DNA from: Methanobacteriota archaeon
GTDB taxonomy: Archaea > Thermoplasmatota > Thermoplasmata > RBG-16-68-12 > JAJISG01
Direction of reading: 5' to 3'
Assembly: GCA_030594205.1 (NCBI GenBank)
Contig: JAUVFR010000005.1
Span: 2,306 to 66,305 of the forward strand
DNA length: 64,000 bases
Position 1 is the first letter of the stretch. Every line of letters begins with the position of its first letter. A model generated the notes under the pieces. That model worked only from the letters and a program-made list of their open reading frames with translations, did not search any database and was not told the DNA's origin. The translations under genes were made by a program, and so were the position numbers. Shown one piece after another: positions 62,966-64,000 of the stretch.

Positions 62966-63633
62966 AAGGGGCTGAAGAACAGGAAGCCGAGTACGGTCAG
63001 GGCCGCCAGGGGCACCAAAAGGAGGACGTACGCACCCACGTCCCACCGGACGATCTTGGAGCCGTCCAACGGGCCGAACGGGATCATGTTGAAGGTGCCC
63101 AGAAGGACGTTGATGAAGGCGACCCCGGCAACGAGGTCCGAGAGGGTGAGAGCCATGCCGATGGCGAAATTCATGCCGGTCAAGGTGAGAAGGAGCCACA
63201 CGAAGGCGAACGAGCCCCCGATGGCCAGGTTGACCCCCGGCCCGGCGGCGCTGATCCTTCCAATCTGGTGCTTCGACCCGAAGCCCTGAATGACCACGGC
63301 GCCAGGGGCGGCGAAGAGGAAGCCCACATAGGCCGTGAAGACCGCCAGGACCAGCCCCATGTACCACGCGCGAAACTCCGCAAGGAACCCGTATCGCTGG
63401 GCCACCACCTTGTGTCCCAGCTCGTGGAGGAGAAATCCCAGAGGGACCGCGGTGGCGGCGAGGATGAGAGCCCCGAGGAAACCGTATCGGAAGCGAAAGA
63501 GCAGGGCGAAGGCGACCGTGAGGACGGCGACGGCCAGGACGATCTGCCCTACCTCCCGTCGGCTGAAGCGGATTCGAGGCTTCACGGGCTGCCCGTAAGA
63601 GTACACGGCCATCGGACCTGCTAGTGACCCCAA
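62962..63633 (-). CDS. Site-2 protease family (M50) intramembrane metalloprotease
   Basis: HELGH zinc motif within TM helices; second ligand motif in …NMIPFGPLDG. Confidence 0.8.
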   Translation of the reverse strand: MGSLAGPMAVYSYGQPVKPRIRFSRREVGQIVLAVAVLTVAFALLFRFRYGFLGALILAATAVPLGFLLHELGHKVVAQRYGFLAEFRAWYMGLVLAVFTAYVGFLFAAPGAVVIQGFGSKHQIGRISAAGPGVNLAIGGSFAFVWLLLTLTGMNFAIGMALTLSDLVAGVAFINVLLGTFNMIPFGPLDGSKIVRWDVGAYVLLLVPLAALTVLGFLFFSPF

Positions 63634-63876
63634 GCGTATTTCTAGGTTGAGTGCCTTGGCGGGCGAGAATCACGGCGTTATGCCGGAGACTGGACAGTCC
63701 CCGTCCGGACGGGAAACATTAAGTTCGCACCTAACGATGAGGCGGAGAATCGCGTTCCTGCCCCGCTGCGTGCGGGCGGACCCGAGGGAGGTCGCTTGGG
63801 GATGAGTCAAACCAAGCCGGTGACGCGAGGCGGTGGACCCCGCCAGGAGTCTCGACGACGGGGGGGTGGATGAGAG

Positions 63877-64000
63877 ATGGCCCGGATCGTCCTATCGGCG
63901 GACTACAGCCTGATGACGAACTTTCGGGACCTGCCGCTGGCAACGTTCTTTAGCTGCATTCCGACAGACTTCTGGTACTCCCGGTTCGCCTTCCGGGCCT
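63877..64000 (+). CDS. Hypothetical protein, 5' fragment (continues past window end)
   Basis: ATG-start ORF MARIVLSADYSLMTNFRDLPLATFFSCIPTDFWYSRFAFRA… with GC-biased codons, truncated by the window edge. Confidence 0.3.
   Translation, partial: MARIVLSADYSLMTNFRDLPLATFFSCIPTDFWYSRFAFRA

Noticed and set aside
1-64000. CRISPR arrays, transposases, integrases, or other mobile elements
   Set aside because: No array of short spaced repeats and no IS/integrase-like ORFs were recognised in the window. The only repeats are short promoter-associated ones (10-bp tandem at 24190, palindromes).

Overview
This is a GC-rich (~65%) archaeal chromosomal segment with about 75 protein genes packed on both strands, two intron-containing tRNAs, and very few spurious gaps. 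Archaeal identity is clear from TBP, TFB, a proteasome alpha subunit, the exosome subunits Rrp4/41/42, an AglB oligosaccharyltransferase, an archaeal-type pilin, KaiC-like ATPases and RNase P protein subunits. Most of the window is core housekeeping. That includes the conserved archaeal exosome/proteasome 'superoperon' (Pop5-PsmA-SBDS-Rrp4-Rrp41-Rrp42-L37Ae-RpoP-Pcc1-PfdB-DUF106-Cmk-Cbf5), a riboflavin cluster (ribB-ribL-ribC-ribH), purine/folate genes (purN, purH, folD, purD), DNA ligase, RNase HII, MetRS, FtsZ, TBP and TFB. The more unusual content is: a 2151-aa AglB fused to a ~1250-aa array of beta-sandwich repeats, followed by a co-oriented surface protein with the same kind of C-terminal anchor; two KaiC-like modules, one a KaiC-KaiC-subtilase operon with a tandem repeat at its promoter, the other a pilin plus KaiC plus Walker-A-less KaiC; a 4xCBS protein fused to a ribosome-hibernation-factor (HPF/RaiA)-like domain; an alkyltransferase-like (Trp-for-Cys)-endonuclease V fusion; an initiator tRNA-Met apparently split by two non-canonical introns; a conserved pair of promoter-proximal motifs shared by a roadblock/LC7 gene and a TRAM gene; and several genes whose conserved N-termini lie upstream of any canonical start codon. 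No CRISPR array or obvious mobile element was seen. All calls are made by eye from the translations; coordinates of features not taken from the ORF track may be off by a few nt.
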